Source: Pseudomonadota bacterium
Lineage (GTDB): Bacteria > Myxococcota_A > Polyangia > Palsa-1104 > JAEUJZ01
Reading direction: 5' to 3'
DNA: 64,000 nucleotides
Assembly (NCBI GenBank): GCA_035340095.1
Contig: DAORGN010000003.1
Location: 732 to 64,731 of the forward strand
The notes below the pieces were generated by a model that saw only the letters and a list, made by a program, of their open reading frames with translations, searched no databases and was not told the origin of the DNA. Shown piece after piece: positions 1 through 10,501 of the stretch. The position numbers and the translations under genes were made by a program. Each line of letters opens with the position of its first letter. Position 1 is the first letter of the stretch.

Positions 1-145
1 TCGCCACCTGTCCTTGCTCCACCACCGTCGAGGTCGGAGGCGGCACATAGATCGCTTCGGGTTCCGGGGTGGCCGTGCAAGCCGAAAGGCAAACCGCGAG
101 CAGAACTGAAAAAATTGACTTTTTGGCGGGCTGAAGGTGGGCCAT
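1..145 (-). CDS. Lipoprotein, N-terminal fragment (gene continues past the left edge)
   Basis: Too short for the ORF track. A reverse-strand ATG at 143-145 reads MAHLQPAKKSIFSVLLAVCLSACTATPEPE..., a signal peptide plus lipobox LSAC. The frame stays open to base 1. Confidence 0.35.
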   Translation of the reverse strand, partial: MAHLQPAKKSIFSVLLAVCLSACTATPEPEAIYVPPPTSTVVEQGQVA

Positions 146-307
146 GGTGGGCAGACCTTACCTGCACTCTCTCTCGCTGAGCAACCCTCGCTGCGCCCAG
201 CCCTTTACGAACTGCGCAGTGGAGTGCTAAAAGGGCGGCACATTGGTTGTGCCTACATGTAGTCGTTTGGGTGACGCGGGCCGAAGCGTTGCGTGTTTGG
301 GTGGTGA

Positions 308-1366
<1,059 letters not shown>

Positions 1367-1375
1367 GGTGCCGGT

Positions 1376-2269
1376 TTGTCGCTTTTCCGACGAGCCAAAG
1401 GCCTGCTGATCGGCGCGGCGCTGCTGCTTGCGCTGTCGCTTGTGCTGCGCATGAGCGTGCGCTCGCCGGAAAAGCAGACGCTCCTCGATCGCGCCGTGGT
1501 GCGGTTGCTTGCACCTTTGCAGGGGCTGTCGGCGGGGCTGCTTGGTCGAATTTCGTCGCTGTGGACCGGCTATGTGGCGCTCGTCGGGGTGCAGCAAGAA
1601 AACCTGGCGCTCAAAAAACAAAACGCCGAGCTGCGCTCGCAGCTCACGAGCGTGTCGGCGCTGGCGATGCGGGCGCAGCGGCTGGAACGACTGCTGGATC
1701 TGCGCGCCCAAGTGCTGGCCGATACCGCGGTGGCGCAGGTCATTTCCGTCGAAACGTCGCGTCAGTTCCGGGTCGTGCGGGTGCGGATCGATCGTGGCGG
1801 CGTCGAAGTAAAGCCAGGGATGCCGGTCATCGCTGCGGAGGGCGTGGTCGGTCGCATCGCGCGCAGCGTCGGCCCGTATGCGGATGTGCAGCTTCTCACC
1901 GACGCGCGATCGGCGATTGACGTGGTGCTGCCGCGCAGCGAAAGCCGCGGCGTCATGAAAGGCACCGGCAGCGACAGCCGCTACGTTAGTCGCATCGAAT
2001 ATGTGCTGAAAAAAGAGTCGATCGAAGTCGGTGCCGACGTGCTGTCGTCCGGCCTGGGCGGCAGCTTTCCGCGCGATCTTCCCGTCGGAAAAGTCACGGC
2101 GGTGCGCAAAAGCGACGCCAGCTTGTACCAAGAAATCGAAGTCGAACCGAGCGTGTCGTTTGCCCACCTGCGCGAAGTGCTGATTGTGCTGTCGCCGCCG
2201 CCACCGCCCGATCCCGACGCTGGCAAGCGCGGTTTTGAAGCAGCACGCGGCCCCGGAGTTCCGCGGTGA
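1376..2269 (+). CDS. mreC: Rod shape-determining protein MreC
   Basis: TTG start 10 nt after the mreB stop. It has an N-terminal TM, a coiled coil (ENLALKKQNAELRSQL), a beta-rich domain (GMPVIAAEGVVGRI) and a Pro-rich tail. Position between mreB and mreD supports the call. Confidence 0.9.
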   Translation: MSLFRRAKGLLIGAALLLALSLVLRMSVRSPEKQTLLDRAVVRLLAPLQGLSAGLLGRISSLWTGYVALVGVQQENLALKKQNAELRSQLTSVSALAMRAQRLERLLDLRAQVLADTAVAQVISVETSRQFRVVRVRIDRGGVEVKPGMPVIAAEGVVGRIARSVGPYADVQLLTDARSAIDVVLPRSESRGVMKGTGSDSRYVSRIEYVLKKESIEVGADVLSSGLGGSFPRDLPVGKVTAVRKSDASLYQEIEVEPSVSFAHLREVLIVLSPPPPPDPDAGKRGFEAARGPGVPR

Positions 2270-2820
2270 ACGGCTCGCGAGCGATCGGACTGTGGCTTTT
2301 GGCGGTCCTTGGCTCGGTGCTGTCGACGGGACTTTCACCGCTGACGAGCTTTGCGCTGCCAGATTTTGCGCTGCTGGTGGCGCTTTATGCCGGTCTCACC
2401 AGCCGGCACAGCGGCGGGGTGGTGGCGGCGCAGCGTGACGCATCGGCGCTGGGGATGCTTTCTCTCGGTGCAGCGATGGGCTATGCCTCGGATCTGGTCG
2501 AAGGAACGCCGCACGGTCTGCGCGCGCTGGGAATGGCGCTGCTGCTTTTGATTTTGCACCGCGTTGCGGGTCATATGCTCGTCGGAGGCCGAGCCGCCCA
2601 AGGCGCGGTGGCAGCGCTGGCGCTTCTGCTGTTCCGCTTGCTTTTGACCTTGATCATGCTTTTTGCCGACGGGGATCGCGATCTGTTGGTGAGCGGACTG
2701 CGCAGCCTGCCGATGCAGCTCGTGCTGACCGCAGGGGTGGCGCCGCTGGCCTTATCTGTGCTAAGCCGCATCGACGCTCGGCTGCGGTCCAAAGCGACCG
2801 GGCCGGGGCTGTGGATATGA
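2266..2820 (+). CDS. mreD: Rod shape-determining membrane protein MreD
   Basis: GTGA overlap with the mreC stop. 184 aa, polytopic and hydrophobic. Called mainly from its position in the mreBCD-mrdA-rodA cluster. Confidence 0.75.
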   Translation: MNGSRAIGLWLLAVLGSVLSTGLSPLTSFALPDFALLVALYAGLTSRHSGGVVAAQRDASALGMLSLGAAMGYASDLVEGTPHGLRALGMALLLLILHRVAGHMLVGGRAAQGAVAALALLLFRLLLTLIMLFADGDRDLLVSGLRSLPMQLVLTAGVAPLALSVLSRIDARLRSKATGPGLWI

Positions 2821-4799
2821 AACTGTTCCGTCGACAAAAACTGCACTTCGACCTGCGCATTGGCATTGGGTCGTCGCTTGCACCATCGGGCGTCACCGCC
2901 GGACAGGCGCAGACGGCATCGCTGCGAGCGCCGCTGCCGGTCCGGGTCGCGGCGGTTTTGTCGGTGTTGGTCTTTGTCGGACTGGCGGGACGGCTGGTGC
3001 AGCTTCAGGCCCTGCGCGGCGACGACTATCTGCAAAAAAGCACCAGCAACTTCATTCGCGAGCGCGAGCTTCCGTCGGTGCGTGGGCAGATTCGCGATCG
3101 CCGCGGCGAGGTGCTGGCCGACAACCGACCGACGTTCGCGGTCTATGCGACGCCGCGTTACGTATCGGAAGCGACGCTTTTGCGGCTTGGACGGCTGCTG
3201 AAGCTGACGGAAGAACAGCGAGAGGCGCTTTCAAAAAAACTGACGGTGCGACGCGGTGCCGAAGCGAGCAAACAACTGCTCGTCGCCGAAGACATCACCC
3301 GCGATCAACTGGCGGCACTGGAATCGGAAAAAGATCAGCTCCCAGGCATCGACATCGAAGCGCGTACCCGACGGGTGTATCCGCAGAAACAGCTCGCGGC
3401 GCACTTGCTCGGCTATCTGAACATGGCGGGGCCCGACGACCTGAAGCACGGCTACAAACACGGCGATTACGTCGGGCGATCGGGAATTGAGCAGAAGCTG
3501 GAACAAAAGCTGCGAGGCAGCCCCGGTTTCGAGCGGATCTTCGTCGACGCGCACGGTCGCAGAAAGAGCGAACACGAGCTCGGCGAGATGGCGCAGCTTG
3601 CCCCGCAAGAAATGCGACGCGAGCCACAGCCGGGGATAAACGCAGTGCTGACGATTGATTTGCAGCTTCAGCGCATCGTCGAAGAAGCGCTGTCTAGGCA
3701 TGCGTCAGCAGCGGCGGCGGTGGTCGAAGCAGACAGCGGACGGGTCTTGGCGCTGGCGTCGTATCCAAGTCCCGATCCCAACCTGCTGAGCGGGCGGCTG
3801 AGTCGTGGCGAAGCGCAGCGAATGGAGAGCGATCCGTTTCGGCCCCTGCTCGACAAAGCGCTGCGCGAGACGTACTACCCCGGATCGACGTTTAAGATCA
3901 TCCCGGCGCTGGCGGCGCTCGAGGAAGGGCTGGTCGATCCCGATCAAAAGCAGGTCTGCCACGGACGCTATGAGCTGGGGCGACACGTCTTCCGCTGCAT
4001 GAAAACGCACGGTCCGGTGTCGCTCCACGAAGCGCTGGCGCAGTCGTGCAACGTCTATTTTTATCACCTGGCGGAAAAGGTCGGACTGGAACGGATGGCA
4101 AACTGGGCCGACCGGTTTGGTTTCGGTCAGCCGACGGGGCTTGGACTTGGTGAAGCGAGCGGTTTTGTGCCGACGCTGGAGTATTACAAACAGCACGGTG
4201 GCTTCCGCGGCGGCTATGCGCTCAACACGGCGCTTGGGCAAGGGGCGGTGCGTGCGTCGGTGCTCCAGCTCGCGATGGCGTATGCGGCGCTTGGCAATGG
4301 CGGCAAGCTGTATCAGCCGTACATCGTCGAACGGCTCGAAACCCCGTCGGGTGAACCAGTGGAACGCTTTTCGCCCCAGCTGCGCAGTCAGCTTCCGATT
4401 CTGCCGTCGTCGCTGGAACGACTGCGGCGAGCGCTGGTCGACGTGGTTGCGGACAACAAAGGCACCGCCAGCACCGCGTTTATTGATGGTCTCGATATCG
4501 CCGGAAAGTCGGGCACAGCGCAGGTCCGCAAAAACCGCCGGGGCGAATCGAGCGGCTGGGACCAGCTAAACGACCATGCGTGGTTTGTCGGTTATGCCCC
4601 GTCGCGCAATGCCAAAATCGCCGTCGCCGTGCTGGTTGAACACGGCGGACTGGGTGGACACATCGCAGCCCCGACGGCCACCAAGATTGTGCAAGGCTAC
4701 TTTGACCGCGTCGCGCCGGAGCTAAAGCCGCGCCCGGTTGCCGATGTCAGCACGCCCAAGCTGCGCACCACGTTGCCTGCCTCTGCCGGAGCCCGCTAG
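2817..4799 (+). CDS. mrdA: Penicillin-binding protein 2 (elongasome transpeptidase)
   Basis: ATG 2817 overlaps the mreD TGA (ATGA); the ORF track starts at GTG 2811. It has an N-terminal TM and the motifs STFK (SxxK), SCN (SxN) and KSGT (KTG-like). Confidence 0.93.
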   Translation: MKLFRRQKLHFDLRIGIGSSLAPSGVTAGQAQTASLRAPLPVRVAAVLSVLVFVGLAGRLVQLQALRGDDYLQKSTSNFIRERELPSVRGQIRDRRGEVLADNRPTFAVYATPRYVSEATLLRLGRLLKLTEEQREALSKKLTVRRGAEASKQLLVAEDITRDQLAALESEKDQLPGIDIEARTRRVYPQKQLAAHLLGYLNMAGPDDLKHGYKHGDYVGRSGIEQKLEQKLRGSPGFERIFVDAHGRRKSEHELGEMAQLAPQEMRREPQPGINAVLTIDLQLQRIVEEALSRHASAAAAVVEADSGRVLALASYPSPDPNLLSGRLSRGEAQRMESDPFRPLLDKALRETYYPGSTFKIIPALAALEEGLVDPDQKQVCHGRYELGRHVFRCMKTHGPVSLHEALAQSCNVYFYHLAEKVGLERMANWADRFGFGQPTGLGLGEASGFVPTLEYYKQHGGFRGGYALNTALGQGAVRASVLQLAMAYAALGNGGKLYQPYIVERLETPSGEPVERFSPQLRSQLPILPSSLERLRRALVDVVADNKGTASTAFIDGLDIAGKSGTAQVRKNRRGESSGWDQLNDHAWFVGYAPSRNAKIAVAVLVEHGGLGGHIAAPTATKIVQGYFDRVAPELKPRPVADVSTPKLRTTLPASAGAR

Positions 4800-4804
4800 C
4801 CGCG

Positions 4805-5902
4805 ATGTCGATGCTGCGTCGAACCTGGTCGCTGATTGACTGGCCACTGACCGCGGTGGTGCTGACGCTGATTGGGCTGGGGCTCTTGAATCTGTATTCG
4901 GCGACGCGCGTGGCCCCCAAAGGGATGTTTTCGTCCCAGCTTCTGTGGATTGCCGTCGGAACCCTGATTCTGATTGCAGTGGCGGCGTTCGATCCAAAGT
5001 GGCTGCGGCGGCTGGCCTGGCCTGCGTATCTGGGCGTGACCGGACTGCTTGTTGCGGTGCTGCTGGTCGGAAAAGTGGTCAATGGCTCGCGGCGCTGGTT
5101 TGGCTGGGGTTCGTATGGGATTCAGCCTTCGGAACTGGCCAAGCTGTCGCTTGTCTTGCTCGGTGCCCATCTGTTTTCGAGCGATCCGCAAGGCATGACC
5201 CACAAGCCGTGGCACTACGCGATGAAGTGGCATGCGCTGTGGGCGCTGCCGGCGCTGCTCATCCTCAAGCAACCGGACTTGGGAACGGCGCTTTTGTGCG
5301 GTCTGCTCGCGCTGTCGCTGTTTTTTTTGGTGCCGCTGCCGGCCAAGCTCAAAGGCTGGGTGCTCACCGTCGGTCTGTCCGCGACGGTGCTGGTGATGCG
5401 TTTTGGGCTGAAGGAATACCAGAAAAAGCGCCTGCTCACGTTTCTGCATCCCGAGCTGGACCCCACCGGAACCGGCTACCACGCGCGGCAAGCGCTGTTC
5501 GCCATCGGGTCAGGAAAGTTCTTTGGCAAAGGGTATCTGCGCGGCACCCAGAATCACTTGCAGTTTCTGCCCGAGCACTGGACCGACTTTCCGTTCGCGG
5601 TCTGGGCCGAAGAGTGGGGACTTTTCGGGTGTCTGGCGATGCTTTCGTGTTTCCTGTTTCTGATTCTGTGGACACTGCACATTGCCGCGTCCTGTCGCGA
5701 TCGGTTCGGTAGTTATCTGGTGCTGGGCTGCGCGGCGCTTCTGTTTTGGCACGTCAGCATCAACATCGCGATGGTCATCGGAATGGCTCCGGTCGTCGGT
5801 GTGACGCTTCCGCTTATTTCCTATGGTGGGTCGTCGGTGCTGACCGTGATGGCGGCGCTTGGGCTCATCTACAACGTCTCTGCTCGGCGCTTTTCCTACT
5901 AA
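4805..5902 (+). CDS. rodA: SEDS-family peptidoglycan polymerase RodA
   Basis: 365 aa FtsW/RodA/SpoVE-type polytopic protein. Motifs GSRRWF, QPSELAKL and the C-terminal PLISYGGSS. It lies directly after mrdA. Confidence 0.93.
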   Translation: MSMLRRTWSLIDWPLTAVVLTLIGLGLLNLYSATRVAPKGMFSSQLLWIAVGTLILIAVAAFDPKWLRRLAWPAYLGVTGLLVAVLLVGKVVNGSRRWFGWGSYGIQPSELAKLSLVLLGAHLFSSDPQGMTHKPWHYAMKWHALWALPALLILKQPDLGTALLCGLLALSLFFLVPLPAKLKGWVLTVGLSATVLVMRFGLKEYQKKRLLTFLHPELDPTGTGYHARQALFAIGSGKFFGKGYLRGTQNHLQFLPEHWTDFPFAVWAEEWGLFGCLAMLSCFLFLILWTLHIAASCRDRFGSYLVLGCAALLFWHVSINIAMVIGMAPVVGVTLPLISYGGSSVLTVMAALGLIYNVSARRFSY

Positions 5903-5934
5903 ACGGAGTCCCTTTGTCGACGCACTTTGTCCCC

Positions 5935-6570
5935 ATGACCCCCGCGCTTGAGGAGTACCTCACCAGTCATTCGACCCGGCGTGATGACGTACTTTCTGCG
6001 CTGGCCCAAGAGACCGCACAGCTTGGCGACGTCAGTGTGATGCAGATTGCCGAGCTGCAAGGATCGCTTCTGTCCCTTTTGGTACGCGCGACTTCAGCGG
6101 TGCGCGCGATCGAAGTAGGAACCTTCACGGGTTATTCCGCCATCTGTGTGGCGCGGGCGCTGCCGCCCCATGGCAAGCTGCTCTGTTGCGATGTCAGCGA
6201 CGAGTGGACCCAGATCGCACGCCGCTATTTTGCGCAGGCGAAAGTCGAAGACAAAATCGATCTTCAGATCGGTCCGGCGCTCGAAACGCTGCGAAGATTG
6301 CCGCAAGAGCCGCTGTTTGACATCGGATTTATCGACGCCGACAAAGTCAATCAGCAAAACTACTACGAAGAGGTTCTCACGCGGCTTCGCAGCGGCGGAC
6401 TCTTGCTCATCGACAATGTGCTGCGTGATGGCAGGGTGACGGACCCAACACAGTCTGATCCGTCGCTGGATTCGGTGCGGGCTTGCAACGACGCCGTGGC
6501 CCGCGATCCGCGCGTCGAAGTCGTGATGCTGCCGATTGCCGACGGACTTTCGCTGATTCGCAAGCGCTAG
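5935..6570 (+). CDS. Class I SAM-dependent O-methyltransferase (caffeoyl-CoA OMT-like)
   Basis: I trimmed the start to ATG 5935 because the upstream part of ORF 5746 overlaps rodA. Motif I is IEVGTFTGYS, and FIDADK plus LIDNVL are typical of the cation-dependent OMT family. Confidence 0.85.
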   Translation: MTPALEEYLTSHSTRRDDVLSALAQETAQLGDVSVMQIAELQGSLLSLLVRATSAVRAIEVGTFTGYSAICVARALPPHGKLLCCDVSDEWTQIARRYFAQAKVEDKIDLQIGPALETLRRLPQEPLFDIGFIDADKVNQQNYYEEVLTRLRSGGLLLIDNVLRDGRVTDPTQSDPSLDSVRACNDAVARDPRVEVVMLPIADGLSLIRKR

Positions 6571-6628
6571 CCCGCTTCGCCGCAGCCGACGCATCAGCCC
6601 GTTTTGGCAGACCGCCCGGTCTGATATC

Positions 6629-7636
6629 ATGAAGTCTCCGATGAAACGGAGTCTGGCGATCGGTTTGCTATTCGTCGCGGCTTGTCCGGAAACCAAAGTG
6701 TCCGGACTTGGGCAGGCTCCCATCGAAGCAAGCAGTGGAATCGATGCCACCGACGAGCCGATTTCTCCCCTGCCGATTTCTTTGCCGCTGTCTGCTGAAA
6801 AAATCGCGCTGGGGGAACTGCTGTTTGCTTCGCCGCTCTTGTCGGCAGATGGATCGCTGAGCTGCCTTGGCTGTCATCCACTTGATCGGGGTGGCACCGA
6901 CGGAAAAATCTATTCCCAAGGCGTCCATGGCAAGCTCGCTGCGGTCAACACCCCAACCATTTTCAACGTCGGCTTTGCCTTCCGACTCAACTGGAATGGC
7001 GCATTTTCCAGCCTGGAAGCACAGCTCAGTCGCCCGCTCGAAGTCCTGATGGGAAGCAGCATCAGCGACGTGCTCACACGAATTCGCAGCGACAAAAACC
7101 TGAGCCGCCGCTTTTCCGACATCTATCCGCAGGGCGTTACAGAGACCAACTTCCGCGATGCGATCGCGACTTATGAACGATCGCTTTTTACTCCCAATGC
7201 GCGATTTGATCGATATTTGCGCGGCGAAAAAAATGCGATCAGCGACGAAGAATTGCAGGGTTACAAGCTGTTTAAGGAATACGGCTGCGTAAGCTGTCAT
7301 CAAGGCCAAAACGTCGGCGGCAACATGTTCCAGAAGTTTGGCGTGATGGGGGATTACTTCGCCGATCGAAAGAAAGCGATTCTGGATGGCGAACAGGGAC
7401 GCTTCGAAGTGACGAAAAAGGAATCCGATCGCTATGTCTTTCGGGTTCCGAGCCTGCGCAACGTCGCGCTCTCCGCACCGTACTTTCATGATGGGTCGGC
7501 CCCGACGCTGGAAGCCGCGATTTCAGTGATGGCGCGTTATCAGCTCGGGCGCAGCATTCCGCAGCCGCATGTGATCAAACTCGCAGCATTTTTGCGCACG
7601 CTCACCGGGGAATTTCGAGGCAAGCCCTTGCAATGA
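6629..7636 (+). CDS. Di-haem cytochrome c peroxidase (CCP/MauG family), probable lipoprotein
   Basis: Signal peptide with LFVAAC. Two haem-binding motifs, CLGCH and CVSCH. Conserved FRVPSLRNV and PYFHDGS segments. Confidence 0.9.
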   Translation: MKSPMKRSLAIGLLFVAACPETKVSGLGQAPIEASSGIDATDEPISPLPISLPLSAEKIALGELLFASPLLSADGSLSCLGCHPLDRGGTDGKIYSQGVHGKLAAVNTPTIFNVGFAFRLNWNGAFSSLEAQLSRPLEVLMGSSISDVLTRIRSDKNLSRRFSDIYPQGVTETNFRDAIATYERSLFTPNARFDRYLRGEKNAISDEELQGYKLFKEYGCVSCHQGQNVGGNMFQKFGVMGDYFADRKKAILDGEQGRFEVTKKESDRYVFRVPSLRNVALSAPYFHDGSAPTLEAAISVMARYQLGRSIPQPHVIKLAAFLRTLTGEFRGKPLQ

Positions 7637-9228
7637 TCGAGCAGAACAAAGACTCCCAGAGCTTGCCCGATGCAATCTCTGTGGGATTCCCAAAAGCCTT
7701 TGGGAGTCCGGTGTCGACCGTGATTCTGCTTTTGATCGTGCTGTGTGGTCTGGTTTTGACAGCGCTGGTGGTGACGGCAAAAAAGTACACGGTGGATGCG
7801 CGGCTGCATGAAAAGTATTCCGGATCGCTGCGCAGTCTGATCGCACTCGACGCACAACTGAATGAAGCGGTGCTGAAGACCAGCAGCGGAATGTCTGTCA
7901 GCTACGATCCGCTCCAGCGTCTTTTGCGACAGCTTCACAGCCAGAGCGTCGAACTGCAAAACACCACTTGGCCGATTCCCTATTTTCCACAGGAAGGATC
8001 GGTTTCCGTCGAAAAATCGCTGACGGAATTTCTGTCTCTGCTGGCTGACAAAGAAGTCCTGATCGAAAAATTCCAGACCGAAACGTCGGTGGTTCGCAAT
8101 TCCCACAACTACTTTCCGGTCGGAGTCCGCCAGCTTGTGGACGCGCGACAAAAGGAATCGAAACACGATCCGCTGTCTTCGTCGCTGCATGAGCTTCTGC
8201 AGTGCGTGTCCCTTTATACGCTGCTACCAAATCCAGAACATTCTGTAGCGTGTCTGCACACGCTGGCATCGCTTCAGCAGAATCTCCATGTGCTTTCCGG
8301 AACCGATCAGCAAGAAGTCCGGCTGCTCTTGCTGCACGCGCAGGTGATTCTGGATCGCGAACAGAGACTGTCCGAAGCCGTGCGCAGCGTGCTTTCGCTC
8401 AAGACTCGCGATGTCGCCGACCATGCACGCAAACGCTACGACGATCAGTATCAAGTGGCGCTGCGACGCGGCGATGTCTATCGGCTGTCCGCAGCCGGTT
8501 TTTTTGCGCTGCTCATTGTCCTTCTCGCCAGTCTGCTCATCCACAAGCTGCGGCGCTCCGCGGCAGCGCTTCAGCATGAACGAGAGCTTTCGGAACAGCT
8601 GCTGCTCAACGTCCTGCCCAAGCCGATTGCCGATCGTTTGAAACAGACACCGGAAGTCATCGCCGATAGTTTTCCGACGGTGACGGTGCTGTTTGCCGAT
8701 CTGGTCGGTTTTTCCCAGCTATCCGCCAAGCTGCCAGCCATTGATCTGGTGCGACTGCTCAACCGGATTTTTTCTGCGCTTGATCTGCTGGCGCAAAAGC
8801 ACGGTCTGGAAAAAATCAAGACGATTGGCGACGCATACATGGTGGTGGCCGGACTCCCCATCGCGCGTGCAGATCATGCAGAAGCGATGGCGGAATTTGC
8901 CCTGTCTGCCATCAGCACGCTCGATTCTCTGCGCAGCGAGCTGCCGCAAGACATGTCATTCCGCATCGGCATCAACAGCGGTTCTGTCGTCGCTGGGGTG
9001 ATCGGTCTGCGCAAGTTTTCCTATGACTTGTGGGGACACACCGTAAACCTGGCAAGCCGGATGGAAATGCACGGAATTCCCGGTGCGATCCACTGCGCAG
9101 AATCGACGTATGAGCTGCTCAAGAACCGATACGAATTTGTGCCGCGCGGACCAATCCCGATCAAAGGAATCGGTCCCCAGACAACGTATCTTTTGCAAAA
9201 ACGGAAGGCTGCGGACCCAGCGGCTTAG
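7633..9228 (+). CDS. Membrane-bound class III adenylate cyclase with a periplasmic all-helical sensor domain
   Basis: ATGA overlap with the peroxidase stop. Two TMs flank a helical domain of about 270 aa, possibly DAHL-like. The C-terminal cyclase has VTVLFADLVGFS, KIKTIGDAYMVVAG and YDLWGHTVNLASRME; the Lys/Asp specificity pair indicates ATP. Confidence 0.88.
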   Translation: MIEQNKDSQSLPDAISVGFPKAFGSPVSTVILLLIVLCGLVLTALVVTAKKYTVDARLHEKYSGSLRSLIALDAQLNEAVLKTSSGMSVSYDPLQRLLRQLHSQSVELQNTTWPIPYFPQEGSVSVEKSLTEFLSLLADKEVLIEKFQTETSVVRNSHNYFPVGVRQLVDARQKESKHDPLSSSLHELLQCVSLYTLLPNPEHSVACLHTLASLQQNLHVLSGTDQQEVRLLLLHAQVILDREQRLSEAVRSVLSLKTRDVADHARKRYDDQYQVALRRGDVYRLSAAGFFALLIVLLASLLIHKLRRSAAALQHERELSEQLLLNVLPKPIADRLKQTPEVIADSFPTVTVLFADLVGFSQLSAKLPAIDLVRLLNRIFSALDLLAQKHGLEKIKTIGDAYMVVAGLPIARADHAEAMAEFALSAISTLDSLRSELPQDMSFRIGINSGSVVAGVIGLRKFSYDLWGHTVNLASRMEMHGIPGAIHCAESTYELLKNRYEFVPRGPIPIKGIGPQTTYLLQKRKAADPAA

Positions 9229-9986
9229 CGCGGCGTGATGATCTTGGTGTCAGGCGGGGGCGTAAACGAAAAGCGCGCGTCATCAACGCCGGCTTTGGGA
9301 TTCGGTTCGATTCCCGAAAACACCAGGTGGTTTTGTCCGCCTTGCTGATCGAACAGCACCGTTTCTTTGACCAGGAAAGTCTTCGGCTGCACGACGAACA
9401 GCAGGTGGCGATACTGCGCGGAAGCGACCTTGGGCAGAAGCTTCAGCACCAGATCGCCCGCTTCCCCGAGCGGCTGATCGTCGAAATAGGAAATCTCGAA
9501 CTCTTCTTGCAGCTTGCCGCGACCAAACAAAAAGCTGACCTGCGCCGGTAGCTGCGATGAGCTGAGCGACTGCTTGTACGCCTGCTCGTCGTCTGGTTCG
9601 TAGACCCACAGCGTCGTTCCGTCGGCAACGAACAGCTTTTTTTCCGGCTTTTCATAGTCCCAGCGCATCTTGCCGGGCTTTTTCAGCGCCACCGTGCCCG
9701 ATGCCTGTCGTTTGCCCATCGGCCCGGTGAGCGTCTGCGAAAACTTCGCCCGCAACGACGCAATGCTTTCGTAACTTTTTTGAAGCTGGCTGACGACTTC
9801 GGCGACGGGAGGACGGGCTGGGATCGCCGCATCGGTCGCTTTGCGCGGCGTGGTCGCTGGGGTCGCAGCGGGATTTTTCGCGGCAGTGGCTGCTGGAGTC
9901 GCCGTCGGAGCAGGCGGAGCAGGCGGAGCAGCGGCAATCGAAAGGACAAACGGCAGGACGGACAGTTTCGGCAGAAAGCGCCTCAT
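9225..9986 (-). CDS. lolA: LolA-like outer-membrane lipoprotein carrier protein
   Basis: Start trimmed to MRRFLPKLSVLPFVL (ATG at 9986). It has a signal peptide and a Pro/Ala/Thr-rich linker. The LolA-like core includes GKMRWDYEKPEKKLFVADGTTLWVYEP. Confidence 0.72.
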   Translation of the reverse strand: MRRFLPKLSVLPFVLSIAAAPPAPPAPTATPAATAAKNPAATPATTPRKATDAAIPARPPVAEVVSQLQKSYESIASLRAKFSQTLTGPMGKRQASGTVALKKPGKMRWDYEKPEKKLFVADGTTLWVYEPDDEQAYKQSLSSSQLPAQVSFLFGRGKLQEEFEISYFDDQPLGEAGDLVLKLLPKVASAQYRHLLFVVQPKTFLVKETVLFDQQGGQNHLVFSGIEPNPKAGVDDARFSFTPPPDTKIITPR

Positions 9987-10082
9987 CGGGTTCTCCACAG
10001 GTGGATATTCGCACAAAGACAGATGCGACGCTGCTCGGCTCTATTCAAATTGCCGCACGCTGTGGGGACGATGCAGCAAAAA

Positions 10083-10430
10083 CTAATGAGCGGCGGTTTT
10101 GGCTAGCGCGTCTTTGACGAACTGTTCGATCTTCGGCTTGGGCGCGGCACCGACGAGCTGGCCGATGACTTTGCCTTTGTGAAAGACGAGCAGCGTCGGA
10201 ATCGAGCGCACATCGTACTTGGTCGGGGTGCTCGGGCTGTGGTCGATGTCCATCTTGCCGACGTTTAGCTTGCCTTCAAACTGGGTGGCGAGCGACTCGA
10301 CAGCGGGGGCGATCGCCCGGCAGGGTGCGCACCAGGTGGCCCAGAAGTCGACCAGCGTCGGTTTGTCAGAGGAAAGCACCTCGGCCTGGAAGTTGGCGTC
10401 GGTGAGGATCTTGATGTGGTGCGATGACAT
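10083..10430 (-). CDS. trxA: Thioredoxin
   Basis: Start trimmed to MSSHHIKIL, with GGAG just upstream. Active site WCAPC, and IPTLLVFHKGKV is typical of TrxA. Confidence 0.92.
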   Translation of the reverse strand: MSSHHIKILTDANFQAEVLSSDKPTLVDFWATWCAPCRAIAPAVESLATQFEGKLNVGKMDIDHSPSTPTKYDVRSIPTLLVFHKGKVIGQLVGAAPKPKIEQFVKDALAKTAAH

Positions 10431-10501
10431 GGGATTCTCCTTCAGCCACAATCTAATATGACTGGCCGGCTGCGAAAGGGGCGACCGCTTTTTTTCGGCT
10501 A

